A DNA stretch of 64,000 nt from Polyangiales bacterium (GTDB lineage: Bacteria > Myxococcota_A > Polyangia > Polyangiales > Polyangiaceae), in assembly GCA_038231275.1 (NCBI GenBank), contig JBBRLQ010000013.1:32001-96000 (forward strand), read 5' to 3'. The notes below the pieces were generated by a model. That model was not told the origin of the DNA and searched no databases. It saw only the letters and a program-made list of their open reading frames with translations. Position numbers and translations under genes: made by a program. Every line of letters starts with the position of its first letter. Position 1 is the first letter of the stretch. Below, piece by piece: positions 1-9,345 of this stretch.

Positions 1-140
1 GCGCCGGGACAAGCGCATGCGCGGTAGTCCTGAGGATAGCAGGGCCTGCCGTCGTCGGTACACGCCGAGGCGAGCGCGACGACGACGACGACCGCGACGA
101 GCGCGGCGAGGACCCGGGTGCCGAGCTTCACGAGGCTCAT
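1..140 (-). CDS. Cys-rich lipoprotein, 5' part (runs off window edge)
   Basis: Manual translation from ATG at 140: MSLVKLGTRVLAALVAVVVVALASAC-TDDGRPCYPQDYRACACPG; lipobox LASAC; not in the ORF track because it is truncated. Confidence 0.7.
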   Translation of the reverse strand, partial: MSLVKLGTRVLAALVAVVVVVALASACTDDGRPCYPQDYRACACPG

Positions 141-182
141 CGTAGCCAACGCGCGCGCCGCCGGACTACCAAACCGGGATTC

Positions 183-431
183 TTGCAAAGTTGTAACATC
201 CCACTTCATGAAGTACCGGCGGCCGCGGCGCTCGCGACGTTCGCCGTCGCCGCGAAGCGCACACGCTCCGCGTCGCCAACCGAGAGTCCGCGTCGACGTG
301 GCCACCGACGCACCGAGCGACAGGCGCGTTCGACACCGGTCTGGATTCACACGCAAGCGATCGCGCTCGACGCGGCGTACGTGTACTACACGGTGTCCTC
401 CGCGAACCCGATAGGGCGCCTTCCGAAGTAG
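183..431 (+). pseudogene. Probable degraded remnant of a myxobacterial beta-propeller repeat gene
   Basis: 3' end reads QAIALDAAYVYYT...IGRLPK-stop, a typical propeller blade end; the preceding FDTGLDS segment is in another frame; no coherent N-terminus. Confidence 0.35.
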
Positions 432-464
432 GACGGCCGCGCCGCCGGTGCTAGTCTTCACCGC

Positions 465-1034
465 ATGGACAAGCGCCCCTCGCTTCACACCCTCGCGGCG
501 GTCCTGACGTTCGTCTCGGCGGGCGGCGTCGTTGCGCTTTTCGCGTGCACCGATGTCGGCACGACCACGTACGGCGACCCCACGGGCCTCCGCTCGGACA
601 ACCTGCCGGGCGAAGGCGGCACCGAGGCTGTCGTGTGCGGTGACGGCGGGAGCGGCGGCGGCGAAGGTGGAGGAGGCGCTGGCGCGTGCGCGATCTCCTT
701 CAAGACGGACATCTACCCGAACATGACGGCGGCCGGCCCGTGGAAGTGCGCCTCGACCGGAAAATGCCACGGCGGCGGGCAAGCCCCGGCGATCGACGGG
801 ACGTCGCCGCAGACGGTCTTGGACAGCCTGAAGAACTACTCGATCAAGGTCGGCGCCAACCCGGTCCCCTTCATCACGCAAGACGGCGGGAAGGATCCGA
901 CCGGCTCCGCCTTCGAGTGCAACGTGACCGGGCAGTGCGGCCAAGGCATGCCGATCGCGCCGGGGATCTCGCTCACCGCGGATCAGGTCTGCCGCATCGA
1001 CGCATGGCTTCGCTGCGGCGCACCGAACAACTGA
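465..1034 (+). CDS. Cytochrome c-like lipoprotein with CX5CH motif
   Basis: Lipobox LFAC; CASTGKCH; C-terminal MP...LT..Q...I.AW...GAPNN typical of planctomycete/myxobacterial cytochrome c domains. Confidence 0.75.
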   Translation: MDKRPSLHTLAAVLTFVSAGGVVALFACTDVGTTTYGDPTGLRSDNLPGEGGTEAVVCGDGGSGGGEGGGGAGACAISFKTDIYPNMTAAGPWKCASTGKCHGGGQAPAIDGTSPQTVLDSLKNYSIKVGANPVPFITQDGGKDPTGSAFECNVTGQCGQGMPIAPGISLTADQVCRIDAWLRCGAPNN

Positions 1035-1483
1035 AGCGCGGCGTCACGCGGGGCATCGCTTCGTCGTGCGCGTGCGCGTGCATGATCGCAGCGCTCGTCG
1101 ACGCGTGCAGCCCGTCGTCCAGCGGCAGCGCCGACCACGCGTGCGTCCAGGGTCTGTCGGTGACGTGCAAGCCGCTCTACGATCCGCCGACGTTCGACAC
1201 GCTCTACGCCAAGCTCTTCGTTCCGACGTGCGCGAGCGGGACAGGTACCTGCCACACGTCGGACGCCGCCAAGGGGGGCCTCGTCTTCGCCAGCCCGGAT
1301 GATGCGTACAGCCGTCTCGTGGGACAAGGACGCGTGACGCCGAACGATCCCGCCTGCAGCCTCGTCATGAAGCGCGTCAGCTCGACCGATCCGAGCTTCC
1401 ACATGCCGCCGGGCCCCACGTCGATCTCCGCGGGCGAACAGTGCACGATCGTGCAATGGATCGCAGCGGGAGCGAAGCGATGA
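1031..1483 (+). CDS. Cytochrome c-like lipoprotein with CX6CH motif
   Basis: Start probably CTG at 1031 overlapping the upstream stop (alternative ATG 1082); VDAC lipobox-like; CASGTGTCH, V.P.DP..SL, MPP...QWI.AGA. Confidence 0.75.
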   Translation: MKRGVTRGIASSCACACMIAALVDACSPSSSGSADHACVQGLSVTCKPLYDPPTFDTLYAKLFVPTCASGTGTCHTSDAAKGGLVFASPDDAYSRLVGQGRVTPNDPACSLVMKRVSSTDPSFHMPPGPTSISAGEQCTIVQWIAAGAKR

Positions 1484-2940
1484 GGATCCGAACGCGCGCG
1501 TGGATGACCGTACTTGCCGTGATCGTCGCGATCCCGCTGGCGTGCACCACCAAGAGCGGTGACACGACGCTCACGCGCGATCAGCTGCTCGACCCGCAGA
1601 CGTGCGCGCAGTGCCACGCCAAGCACGTCGAGGAGTGGTCGGGGAGCATGCACGCGTACGCCGCGGAAGATCCGGTCTTCGTCGCGATGAACAAGCGTGG
1701 CCAGCGCGAGACCGGCGGCGCGCTCGGCGACTTCTGCGTGAAGTGCCACGCGCCGATGGCCGCGCGCGACGGGCTGACGAAGGACGGGCTGAACCTAGCC
1801 ACGGTGCCGGCGGCGCGGCGCGGAGTGACCTGCTTCTTCTGCCACACCGCCGACTCGGTCACCGGCACCCACGACGCCGCCCTCACGCTCGCCGGGGATC
1901 CGACGATGCGTGGAGAATACACGGATCCGGTGGCGAACACCGCGCACCACGCCACGTACTCCAAGCTGCACGATCGCGATCAGCTCGACTCGGCGAAGCT
2001 GTGCGGCGCGTGCCACGACATCGTCAACGGCCACGGGCAGTCGCTCGAGCGCACGCTCGCGGAGTGGCAGGCGACGGTGTTTTCGAAGGCCCCCGGCGGC
2101 GCCACGTGCGGGCAGTGCCACATGGCGCAGAGCGCGACGCTCGAGCCGATCGCGCAGGCGCCCGGGGTCTTTGCGAGGCGGCGGCACTCGCACACGTTCG
2201 CGGCGGTCGACCTCGCGCTCACCGACTTCCCGCAAGCTGCCGAGCAGAAGGCCGAGGTGCAAGCGCAGCTCGACAAGACGCTCCAGTCGGCGCTCTGCGT
2301 CGGCGCGACGGGCGCGCAGGTCAAGGTGCTCCTCGATAACGTCGCGGCGGGGCACGGCTTCCCCAGCGGCGCGGTGCAAGATCGGCGGCTGTGGGTCGAG
2401 GTCACCGCGTACGTCGGCGCCGACGTCGTCTATCGGAGCGGCGCGCCCTCCACCGACGGCACGCCCATCACGCAGTCGACCGATCCGGATCTGTGGCTGG
2501 TGCGCGACTGCATCTTCGACGGCGCCGGCAAGGAAGTGCACATGTTCTGGCAGGCCGAGCAGCTCGAGAGCAACGAGCTGCCCGGACAGGCGACCTTCGA
2601 CCAGACCGATCCGCGCTTTTACCAGACGCACATCGTGCAGACGTACCCGCGCGCAGGCGCGCTGCCAAAGTCGCCCGATCGCGTGACGATGCGCGTGCAC
2701 CTCCAGCCGATGGGGACCGACGTGCTCGACGAGCTCGTGGCGTCCGGCGATCTGGATCCTGCGGTGCGCGCGAAGATGACGACGTTCGACGTCGGGCCGC
2801 TCCTCGAGTGGACGGCGGCGAAGGCGACGGCGACGTACACCGACACGGCCGATCACCTCCAGTACGCGTGCGTGAGCGACACGAACTTCAACGTGGTGGC
2901 CGATCGCGTGCCGGCGACGAACCACACGCGTTGCAAGTAG
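1480..2940 (+). CDS. Pentaheme c-type cytochrome lipoprotein (c554/c552-like multiheme)
   Basis: ATGA overlap with upstream stop; lipobox PLAC; five CXXCH (CAQCH, CVKCH, CFFCH, CGACH, CGQCH); W..SMHA.A..DP.F and AGH.FPSG motifs. Confidence 0.9.
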   Translation: MRIRTRAWMTVLAVIVAIPLACTTKSGDTTLTRDQLLDPQTCAQCHAKHVEEWSGSMHAYAAEDPVFVAMNKRGQRETGGALGDFCVKCHAPMAARDGLTKDGLNLATVPAARRGVTCFFCHTADSVTGTHDAALTLAGDPTMRGEYTDPVANTAHHATYSKLHDRDQLDSAKLCGACHDIVNGHGQSLERTLAEWQATVFSKAPGGATCGQCHMAQSATLEPIAQAPGVFARRRHSHTFAAVDLALTDFPQAAEQKAEVQAQLDKTLQSALCVGATGAQVKVLLDNVAAGHGFPSGAVQDRRLWVEVTAYVGADVVYRSGAPSTDGTPITQSTDPDLWLVRDCIFDGAGKEVHMFWQAEQLESNELPGQATFDQTDPRFYQTHIVQTYPRAGALPKSPDRVTMRVHLQPMGTDVLDELVASGDLDPAVRAKMTTFDVGPLLEWTAAKATATYTDTADHLQYACVSDTNFNVVADRVPATNHTRCK

Positions 2941-2952
2941 CGCCCCGGCGCC

Positions 2953-3636
2953 ATGTTCCGAGCCCTCTACGACAGCCCGCTCCTCGATCCCCTGCTCTTC
3001 TGGATCGGCGGGGCGGCGCTCCTGCTCGCGGTCGCCCGGAGGCTGCCGCTTCTCTACGCGTACCTCGTCGCGTTCGGGCTCTCCATCCTCGCCGACGCGA
3101 CCCTGACCGGCCCGTGGTCGCCGATCGCGCCGGGGTCGCGCGTGGCCACCGTGGCCTCCGTCCTCTTCGTGATCCTCGGGGATTTACGGTATTTCGTCGT
3201 CCTCGCGCGGGCGCGCGCGACCGGCGCGTCGATCGCGAAGTCGGGGTGGCTCATGGCGATCGGGACGTCGCTGATCGTGCCGATCCTGTCGTTCGCGGCG
3301 GGCGAAGCGTTTCCCGCGGCCTTCGCGAACGGGCGCGTGCAGTTCCTCGCGTACGAGCTCGCCTTCTTCGCGCTCGTCCTGACGCTCCGCGTGGGCGCGC
3401 GACGGCTCGCGCCGGGAGGTGCCGCGTACGCGCGATGGGCGGCGCGGACGAGCGACTTCGAGCTCTGCCAATACGGGCTATGGGCACTCGCGGACGTGGT
3501 CGTCCTTTCCGGCTACGATGCCGGCTTCCTCCTCCGCGTGGTCCCCAACGTCATGTACTACGTCCTCTTCCTCCCCTTCGTCGCGTGGACCGCGCCGCGC
3601 GAGCTCGCCGAGCCATGGCACGGGGCGCGCGCGTAG
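2953..3636 (+). CDS. Integral membrane protein, unknown function
   Basis: 227 aa with about 7 hydrophobic segments; operonic between cytochrome genes. Confidence 0.8.
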   Translation: MFRALYDSPLLDPLLFWIGGAALLLAVARRLPLLYAYLVAFGLSILADATLTGPWSPIAPGSRVATVASVLFVILGDLRYFVVLARARATGASIAKSGWLMAIGTSLIVPILSFAAGEAFPAAFANGRVQFLAYELAFFALVLTLRVGARRLAPGGAAYARWAARTSDFELCQYGLWALADVVVLSGYDAGFLLRVVPNVMYYVLFLPFVAWTAPRELAEPWHGARA

Positions 3637-4454
3637 CGGCCGGCGTCGTCGCGGTCCTCGCGGTGATCGCATGCCGCGACGCCCGCAAGGACGGCGACGC
3701 GCGCTTGTCGTTCGAGAAGGACGGCGCGCAAGTGAAGACGCTCTCGCTGGCCGAGCTGAAGGACGTGCCGGTCGAGACGTTCACCGCCTACGATCCGTAC
3801 TACGCCAAGAAGAAGACGTACCGCGCGCTGCCGCTTCGCGCCGTGCTCGAGCGCGCGTTCGGGGCCAGCAGCGCGCCGCTCGAGGCGCAGGCGTACGTGC
3901 TGCGTGCGAAGGACGGGTACACCGTTCCGCTCTCGGGCGCGCGCCTCCTCGAGCCTGGCGGGTACATCGCGATCGCCGACGTCGACGTGCCGGGGTGGGA
4001 GCCGATCGGACCGCAGCAGGTGAGCCCCGCTCCCTTCTACGTCGTGTGGCGCAACGACGATCAGCAAAACATGAGCACGCACCCGCGCCCCTGGCAGCTC
4101 GCGACGATCGCGATCGCGCGCTTCGAGGACTCGTTCCCGCACGCGGTGCCCACCGGCGAAGCGCCGGGATCGCCGGCGATGCGCGGCCTCGCGACGTTCC
4201 GTGCACAATGCATTCATTGCCACGCGATCAACCGCGAGGGGGGGCGCGTCGGACCGGATCTCAACCTGCCGATGAACGTCCTCGAATACCGGCCCGAGGC
4301 GCAGGTGCGCGCGTACATCAAGAACCCGCTCGCGTTTCGCTACGGCAACATGCCGGCGCACCCGGGCCTCACCGAGGGCGACCTCGACGACCTCGTGGCG
4401 TACCTTCGCGCGATGAAGGACCGGAAGCACGAGCCGGACGCGGGGGCGCATTGA
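3615..4454 (+). CDS. Lipoprotein with molybdopterin-oxidoreductase-like N domain and C-terminal monoheme cytochrome c
   Basis: Lipobox VIAC; A.DGY motif; CIHCH followed by GPDL and MP axial Met. Confidence 0.8.
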   Translation: MARGARVAAGVVAVLAVIACRDARKDGDARLSFEKDGAQVKTLSLAELKDVPVETFTAYDPYYAKKKTYRALPLRAVLERAFGASSAPLEAQAYVLRAKDGYTVPLSGARLLEPGGYIAIADVDVPGWEPIGPQQVSPAPFYVVWRNDDQQNMSTHPRPWQLATIAIARFEDSFPHAVPTGEAPGSPAMRGLATFRAQCIHCHAINREGGRVGPDLNLPMNVLEYRPEAQVRAYIKNPLAFRYGNMPAHPGLTEGDLDDLVAYLRAMKDRKHEPDAGAH

Positions 4455-5452
4455 TCGCGCCGACGGCAGAGGCGCTCGTGCGCGGCCGGCTCGCGGCGCT
4501 TCCGGCGTGCTTGCGCGAGGTCGCGGCGCGCGTGCAGACCGGCTCGATTTCGTCGGGCGGTGTCGTCGTCACAGGGATCGGCGCGTCGGAGGCGCCGGCG
4601 CGCCTGATGGCCGAGCTCCTGCGTGCGTCGCGCGGCGCTTCGGCCGTGTTCGCGCCGCTCTCGGCCTTCGCAGCCGGAGCCGCCGGCGCCGATCCCACCG
4701 GGACCGACGATGGCCGCGGGCGCTCGCTCGTCGTGTTCTCGCAGGGCCTCTCTCCGAACGCGTGCCTGGCGCTCGCGCGGGCGCGTGAGTTCGAGCACGC
4801 CACGCTCTTCACCTCGGCCCGTGAAGGCGCGCAGCTCGCGCGCTTCGTCGCCGACGGCGGCCACGTCGTCCGCCTCCCGCCGGAGCGCGAAGAAGGCGCG
4901 CTGGTCCGCGTCCTCGGTCCGTCGGCGGCGATGCTCGCGGCGGCGCTCTACACGGGCGCGGCCTCGGCGCGCGACGTCGACGCTCTCCTCGCGACGCTCG
5001 CGCGCGACACCACGCAGGTCGCTCCGGCGCCGACGCGCTGCGAGCGTGTCGCCTTCGTGACGGCCGGCGGCTACGGCGAGCGCTGCCATGCCGTGAAGAA
5101 CACGTGGCTCGAGGCCCTCTCCGCGCCCGAGCCGCCGATGTGGGACGTGCTTCAGATCGCGCATGGGCCGTTCCAGCAGTTCTTCGACGCCGAGATCGTG
5201 CTCTTCGCGCTGGAGCGTGAAGGCGCGGAGTCCGAGCTCTGGGATCGCCTCGCGCGCATGCTCGTCCCGGCGCGGCACACGCTGGTTCGTCTGCGGTCGG
5301 TCCTTCCGGGCGCGCTCGCGCCGATCGACCACCTCGCGCAGGTGCTCGCGATCGTGTGCCGCGCGCTCGAGGCGTCGCCGCGCGATCTGGGCGCCTGGCC
5401 CGGCTCGGGACTGGACGCGCCGCTCTACGAGCTCGGGCGCGAAACGAGCTAG
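4451..5452 (+). CDS. SIS-domain (sugar isomerase/GlmS-like) protein
   Basis: TTG start overlapping upstream TGA; VTGIGAS, VVFSQG and AHGP motifs of a double SIS domain. Confidence 0.7.
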   Translation: MIAPTAEALVRGRLAALPACLREVAARVQTGSISSGGVVVTGIGASEAPARLMAELLRASRGASAVFAPLSAFAAGAAGADPTGTDDGRGRSLVVFSQGLSPNACLALARAREFEHATLFTSAREGAQLARFVADGGHVVRLPPEREEGALVRVLGPSAAMLAAALYTGAASARDVDALLATLARDTTQVAPAPTRCERVAFVTAGGYGERCHAVKNTWLEALSAPEPPMWDVLQIAHGPFQQFFDAEIVLFALEREGAESELWDRLARMLVPARHTLVRLRSVLPGALAPIDHLAQVLAIVCRALEASPRDLGAWPGSGLDAPLYELGRETS

Positions 5453-5462
5453 AAGGAGGCGC

Positions 5463-6041
5463 GTGCGAGGCATCGAGGGCTTCTTCACCGAGGACGAAGG
5501 GCGATGGTACGCGCGGTTCGCGCGCGCGCTCGTGGGCGGCACGTTCGTCGAAGTGGGCTCGTGGAAGGGGCGGAGCACGTCGTTCGTCGCGCCCGTCTGC
5601 AAGGCGAACGGGACGCGCCTCGTGTGCGTCGATCACTGGCGCGGCTCGAACGACGATCTCGGCCCGAAGTACGCCGCGACGCTCGCCGTCGAGGACGTCG
5701 AACGAACGTTCCGCGCGAACATGCAGGCGCTCGACGTGGAGGTCCTCGTGCTCGCCGAGACGTCGCGCGACGCGGCGGCGCGCTTCGAGGCGGGGAGCGT
5801 CGATCGCGTCTTCCTCGACGGAAGTCACGATGGGCCGAGCGTCGCCGAGGATCTCCTCCTCTGGAGCCCGCTCCTCGCCGCCGGCGGCGTCCTCGCGGGG
5901 CACGACTACGACGTGAAGCACCCTGCGCTCGTCTCCGCCGTCGACGCGTTCGCGGAGGCGCGCCGCCTCACCGTCCGCCGCGGTCCGCGCTCCATTTACT
6001 GGCTCGAGCCGACAGGTAGTATCCCTCGCCCAAAGGAGTGA
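5463..6041 (+). CDS. Class I SAM-dependent methyltransferase (Methyltransf_24-like)
   Basis: AGGAGG RBS at 5454-5459; VEVGSWKGRST, VFLDGSH, GGVLAGHDY motifs. Confidence 0.85.
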   Translation: MRGIEGFFTEDEGRWYARFARALVGGTFVEVGSWKGRSTSFVAPVCKANGTRLVCVDHWRGSNDDLGPKYAATLAVEDVERTFRANMQALDVEVLVLAETSRDAAARFEAGSVDRVFLDGSHDGPSVAEDLLLWSPLLAAGGVLAGHDYDVKHPALVSAVDAFAEARRLTVRRGPRSIYWLEPTGSIPRPKE

Positions 6042-6044
6042 GGC

Positions 6045-7226
6045 ATGGCGCGCGCGAAACAGAAGACGGCTCCGAAGAAGCAGAGCGGCTCGACGAAGAA
6101 GGAAAAGGTGATCCTCCTCGTCGCGACGCGAAAAGGCGCGTGGATCTTTCACGGAGACTCCGCGCGCACGCGGTGGCGCGCCGATGGGCCGCATTTCCTC
6201 GGTCACATCGTGAGCCACGTCGTCCTCGATCCGCGCGACGGCAAGACGCTCCTCGCCGCCGCGAAGACCGGTCACCTCGGCCCGACGGTGTTCCGTTCGA
6301 CCGATCTCGGTCGCACGTGGAAGGAGGCCGCGCGCCCGCCGGCCTTCCCCAAGGCCAAGGAAGGCGAGAAGGGGCGCGTCGTCGATCACACGTTCTGGCT
6401 CACGCCCGGCCACGCCAGCGAGCCCGCCACCTGGTACGCCGGCACCTCGCCGCAAGGCCTGTTTCGCTCGGTGGACGGCGGCGTGACGTGGGACTCGGTG
6501 TCCGGCTTCAACGACGAGCCGGAGCACGTGAAGCGAATGGGCGGCCAGCAAGACGGCACGCCCGACGGACCGAAGCTCCACTCGGTGATCGTCGATCCCC
6601 GAGACCGCAACCACCTCTACCTCGGCATGTCGAGCGGCGGCTTCCACGAGTCGCGCGATCGCGGCGCGACGTGGACGCCGCTCTCGCAAGGAATGGAGGT
6701 CGTCGGCGGCTTCGACCCCGCGAACCTCACGTTCCACGATCCGCACAGCGTCCAAATCTGTCCGAGTAATCCCGATCGGCTCTACCAGCAGAACCACTGC
6801 GGCATCTATCGCCTCGATCGCCCCGGCAAGACGTGGACGCGCGTGGGCAAGGCGATGCCGAAGAAGGTCGGGGACGTGGGCTTCCCTGTCGTCGTGCACC
6901 CGCGCGACGCCGACGTGGCGTGGGTCTTCCCGATGGACGGGACCGACGTGTGGCCGCGCACGAGTCCCGGAGGCTCGCCGGCCGCGTACGTCACGCGAAA
7001 CGGCGGAAAGACGTGGCAGCGCCAGGATGGCGGCATGCCGAAGAGCGAGGCCTGGTGGACCGTGAAGCGGCAAGCCATGGCCGCCGACGCGTGCCCGAAG
7101 GTCGGGCTCTACCTCGGCACGACGAGCGGCGAGGTCTGGGCGAGCCGCAACGAGGGCAAGGCGTGGGCACCCATCGCGCGCCACCTCCCCGAGATTTACG
7201 CGGTCGAGACCGCGTCGATCGGATGA
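6045..7226 (+). CDS. BNR/Asp-box beta-propeller protein (sialidase/glycosyl hydrolase-like)
   Basis: Repeated S.D.G.TW Asp-boxes (STDLGRTW, SVDGGVTW, SRDRGATW, TRNGGKTW); no signal peptide. Confidence 0.85.
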   Translation: MARAKQKTAPKKQSGSTKKEKVILLVATRKGAWIFHGDSARTRWRADGPHFLGHIVSHVVLDPRDGKTLLAAAKTGHLGPTVFRSTDLGRTWKEAARPPAFPKAKEGEKGRVVDHTFWLTPGHASEPATWYAGTSPQGLFRSVDGGVTWDSVSGFNDEPEHVKRMGGQQDGTPDGPKLHSVIVDPRDRNHLYLGMSSGGFHESRDRGATWTPLSQGMEVVGGFDPANLTFHDPHSVQICPSNPDRLYQQNHCGIYRLDRPGKTWTRVGKAMPKKVGDVGFPVVVHPRDADVAWVFPMDGTDVWPRTSPGGSPAAYVTRNGGKTWQRQDGGMPKSEAWWTVKRQAMAADACPKVGLYLGTTSGEVWASRNEGKAWAPIARHLPEIYAVETASIG

Positions 7227-7480
7227 AGGTCCACATTCCGAGCCCGCTCGTCTCGTACACGCAAGCGCGTGAGGTCGACGCGCGCGGCGCGACGCTGTCC
7301 GAGGTGCTCGTCGATCTCGACCGGCAATTTCCGGGCTTTCGCTTCCGCGTGATCGACGAGCAGGACAACATGCGCCCGCACGTCCGCTTCTTCGTGAACG
7401 GCGAGCAGGTGTTCGACCTCGCGCGCGCGCTCGCACCGAGCGACGAAATTCAGCTGGTGCAAGCGCTCAGCGGGGGCTGA
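7223..7480 (+). CDS. MoaD/ThiS family ubiquitin-like protein
   Basis: ATGA overlap; 85 aa with FFVNG and C-terminal ALSGG. Confidence 0.9.
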   Translation: MKVHIPSPLVSYTQAREVDARGATLSEVLVDLDRQFPGFRFRVIDEQDNMRPHVRFFVNGEQVFDLARALAPSDEIQLVQALSGG

Positions 7481-7504
7481 GGCCGAACCTCGGCGGCGGG
7501 GGCG

Positions 7505-8158
7505 CTAGCGGCAGTCGCCGTGATCGCCACTGGCTTCGCCGTGATCTCCCTCGCCGTCGCCGGCCTCGTAGAAGAAGTACGTCGCGGTGTACGGCACGCG
7601 CGCGCTCGCGCCGACGGTCGACGCGTCGCAGCCGCCGGAAGGCGCGAGGCCGCCGGTCGTCTCGAGGCGCTGCACGAACGTGACCTCGTCCATCTTCCCG
7701 TCGCCGGCGTGCGAGACGGCGCGGAGGAGGAGCCACGGGACCGCTGTGGGATCGGGCGTCGCCGCGGCGACCTTTGCGCCGACGACCGTGCTGCCGTCGT
7801 TCGCTTCCCACGTCGGGCCGGCGTAGTGCTTCCCGGAGACGTGGCCGCCGTGCTTGTAGAGCGTCGCTTCCGGCGCCTGGAACACCCAGCCGTACCCGGC
7901 GGCCGTCGCGCTGCACGCGTAGATTTGAACGCCGATGGCGTCGAGGTGGAACGAGACGCGGTTGCCGGCGGGGACGGCGAGCGCCGGGCTCGGAAGGGCC
8001 GGCACGCACTGCGACGACTCGTCCGAGAGCGGGCTGGACGCGTGGCCCGTCGTGCCGTTCGGCGTCGGATCGACGGCGCCGCCGCAACCTCCGAGCGCGA
8101 CGGCGCTGAGCGAGACGACGGCGAGGCAGATGTTGAACAGAGCGATCGGTGCGCGCAT
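7505..8158 (-). CDS. DUF3455 domain lipoprotein
   Basis: Lipobox LGGC; GVQIY.C, PEA.L, G.HYAGPTW, PWLLL, QRL.T.GG.AP, VPYTA.Y.FY. Confidence 0.85.
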   Translation of the reverse strand: MRAPIALFNICLAVVSLSAVALGGCGGAVDPTPNGTTGHASSPLSDESSQCVPALPSPALAVPAGNRVSFHLDAIGVQIYACSATAAGYGWVFQAPEATLYKHGGHVSGKHYAGPTWEANDGSTVVGAKVAAATPDPTAVPWLLLRAVSHAGDGKMDEVTFVQRLETTGGLAPSGGCDASTVGASARVPYTATYFFYEAGDGEGDHGEASGDHGDCR

Positions 8159-8316
8159 GGAGCCCTCCCGAGGCGCCGCGAGGGCGCCCTGGCACGTGGA
8201 TGGAAATGGGGACGACCGAAGCCACCGCACCCGTGCGATGTCCCCGCCGCCACGAGGGGATACGTCAGCCGTCGCGGCCGGTGTCGCACAAAGCGCGGCG
8301 CGCGATTTCGGGGAAT

Positions 8317-8838
8317 TTACCCTGCGACGCAGAAGAAGAACGCGACTTCTTCAGCCGCGCCCGCGCCCGCGCCCGCGTCGGCGGAGGCAGCGGGAAGCGA
8401 GAACGTGATGCGCCAGACGCCCGGCATGAAGAGGTAGACCGGCGTGACGGCGTAGTTGCCGTCGGCCTGCGGCGTGATGACCGCCTTCACCGAGCTTCCG
8501 TGTCCGTGATCGGGCATGAACGAAGCGATCGCCAGCGGAGCGTTCGACATGGGCGCGCCGGAGGCATCGGCGACGTGCAGCGTCCACGAGTTGGTGCCCA
8601 CGGACGGAGGGGCTGGATCGCTCGAGACGAGCGTGACCTTCAATTTTCCGGTCGACGACGACTTGGCGAGGTTCGCGACGTACGTGTCCACGCGCGTGTC
8701 GTTCTGGCAGGTCACGACCGGCTGCGCGTCCGCGGGCGCGGCGCCCGACGAGCCGCTCGACGACGTGCACCCGGCCGCGCCTGCGATGCAGAGCGAGAGC
8801 CACGAAATGAGCCGCGTCGAGGTCATGAGATGGAGCAT
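8317..8838 (-). CDS. YtkA/FixH-like lipoprotein
   Basis: Lipobox AAGC; PP..G.N.W, FMPDHGHG, LFMPGVW motifs. Confidence 0.8.
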   Translation of the reverse strand: MLHLMTSTRLISWLSLCIAGAAGCTSSSGSSGAAPADAQPVVTCQNDTRVDTYVANLAKSSSTGKLKVTLVSSDPAPPSVGTNSWTLHVADASGAPMSNAPLAIASFMPDHGHGSSVKAVITPQADGNYAVTPVYLFMPGVWRITFSLPAASADAGAGAGAAEEVAFFFCVAG

Positions 8839-8928
8839 GCCAAAGGGGGTACGCGCGAAGGGGGCGACCGGTTTCGTGAGCGTAGCGCGTTCGCGAAAAA
8901 CGGCACGGTCGCGCTCAGTTGCAGCGTC

Positions 8929-9345
8929 CTAATTGCGGGGTGAGCCGCAGACGAGCCACCCGAGCAACGTGGCGCGCTCGTCCGAGGTGAGGGCGGCGGC
9001 GTCGGCCGGCGGCATCAGGCACCCGTACACCTGCGCCAGGACCGCGCCGCGCTGGCGGAAGACGCCGTCGTACGAGCCGAGATCGTGCTGCGTCGCCTCG
9101 ATGCCGCCGTCGGCGTGGCATGCCCAGCAGCGGCGCGCGACGAGCGGCCCCACCGAGGCCTCGTAGCTGGGCGCAGGAGACGGGCACGCCGCGGGCAGAT
9201 CGGAGGGGCACGCCTCGACGCCCCCGTCGGGCGACGCGTCGGAAATGGGAGACGGGCCCGTCGAGCTCGGCGAGCACGCGAGCGGCGCGACGACTCCCAG
9301 GGCCGCAGCGACCACGAGCGCAGACACGATGCGCGTCAGAACCAC
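8929..9345 (-). CDS. Small monoheme cytochrome c lipoprotein
   Basis: Lipobox PLAC; CWACH; MPP and LT..ER..L..W...G motifs. Confidence 0.8.
   Translation of the reverse strand: MVLTRIVSALVVAAALGVVAPLACSPSSTGPSPISDASPDGGVEACPSDLPAACPSPAPSYEASVGPLVARRCWACHADGGIEATQHDLGSYDGVFRQRGAVLAQVYGCLMPPADAAALTSDERATLLGWLVCGSPRN

Noticed and set aside
8849..8926. ECF-sigma-like AAC/ACC-N16-CGT motifs upstream of the 8317-8838 gene
   Set aside because: Short motifs that are common at this GC content; cannot be supported without TSS data
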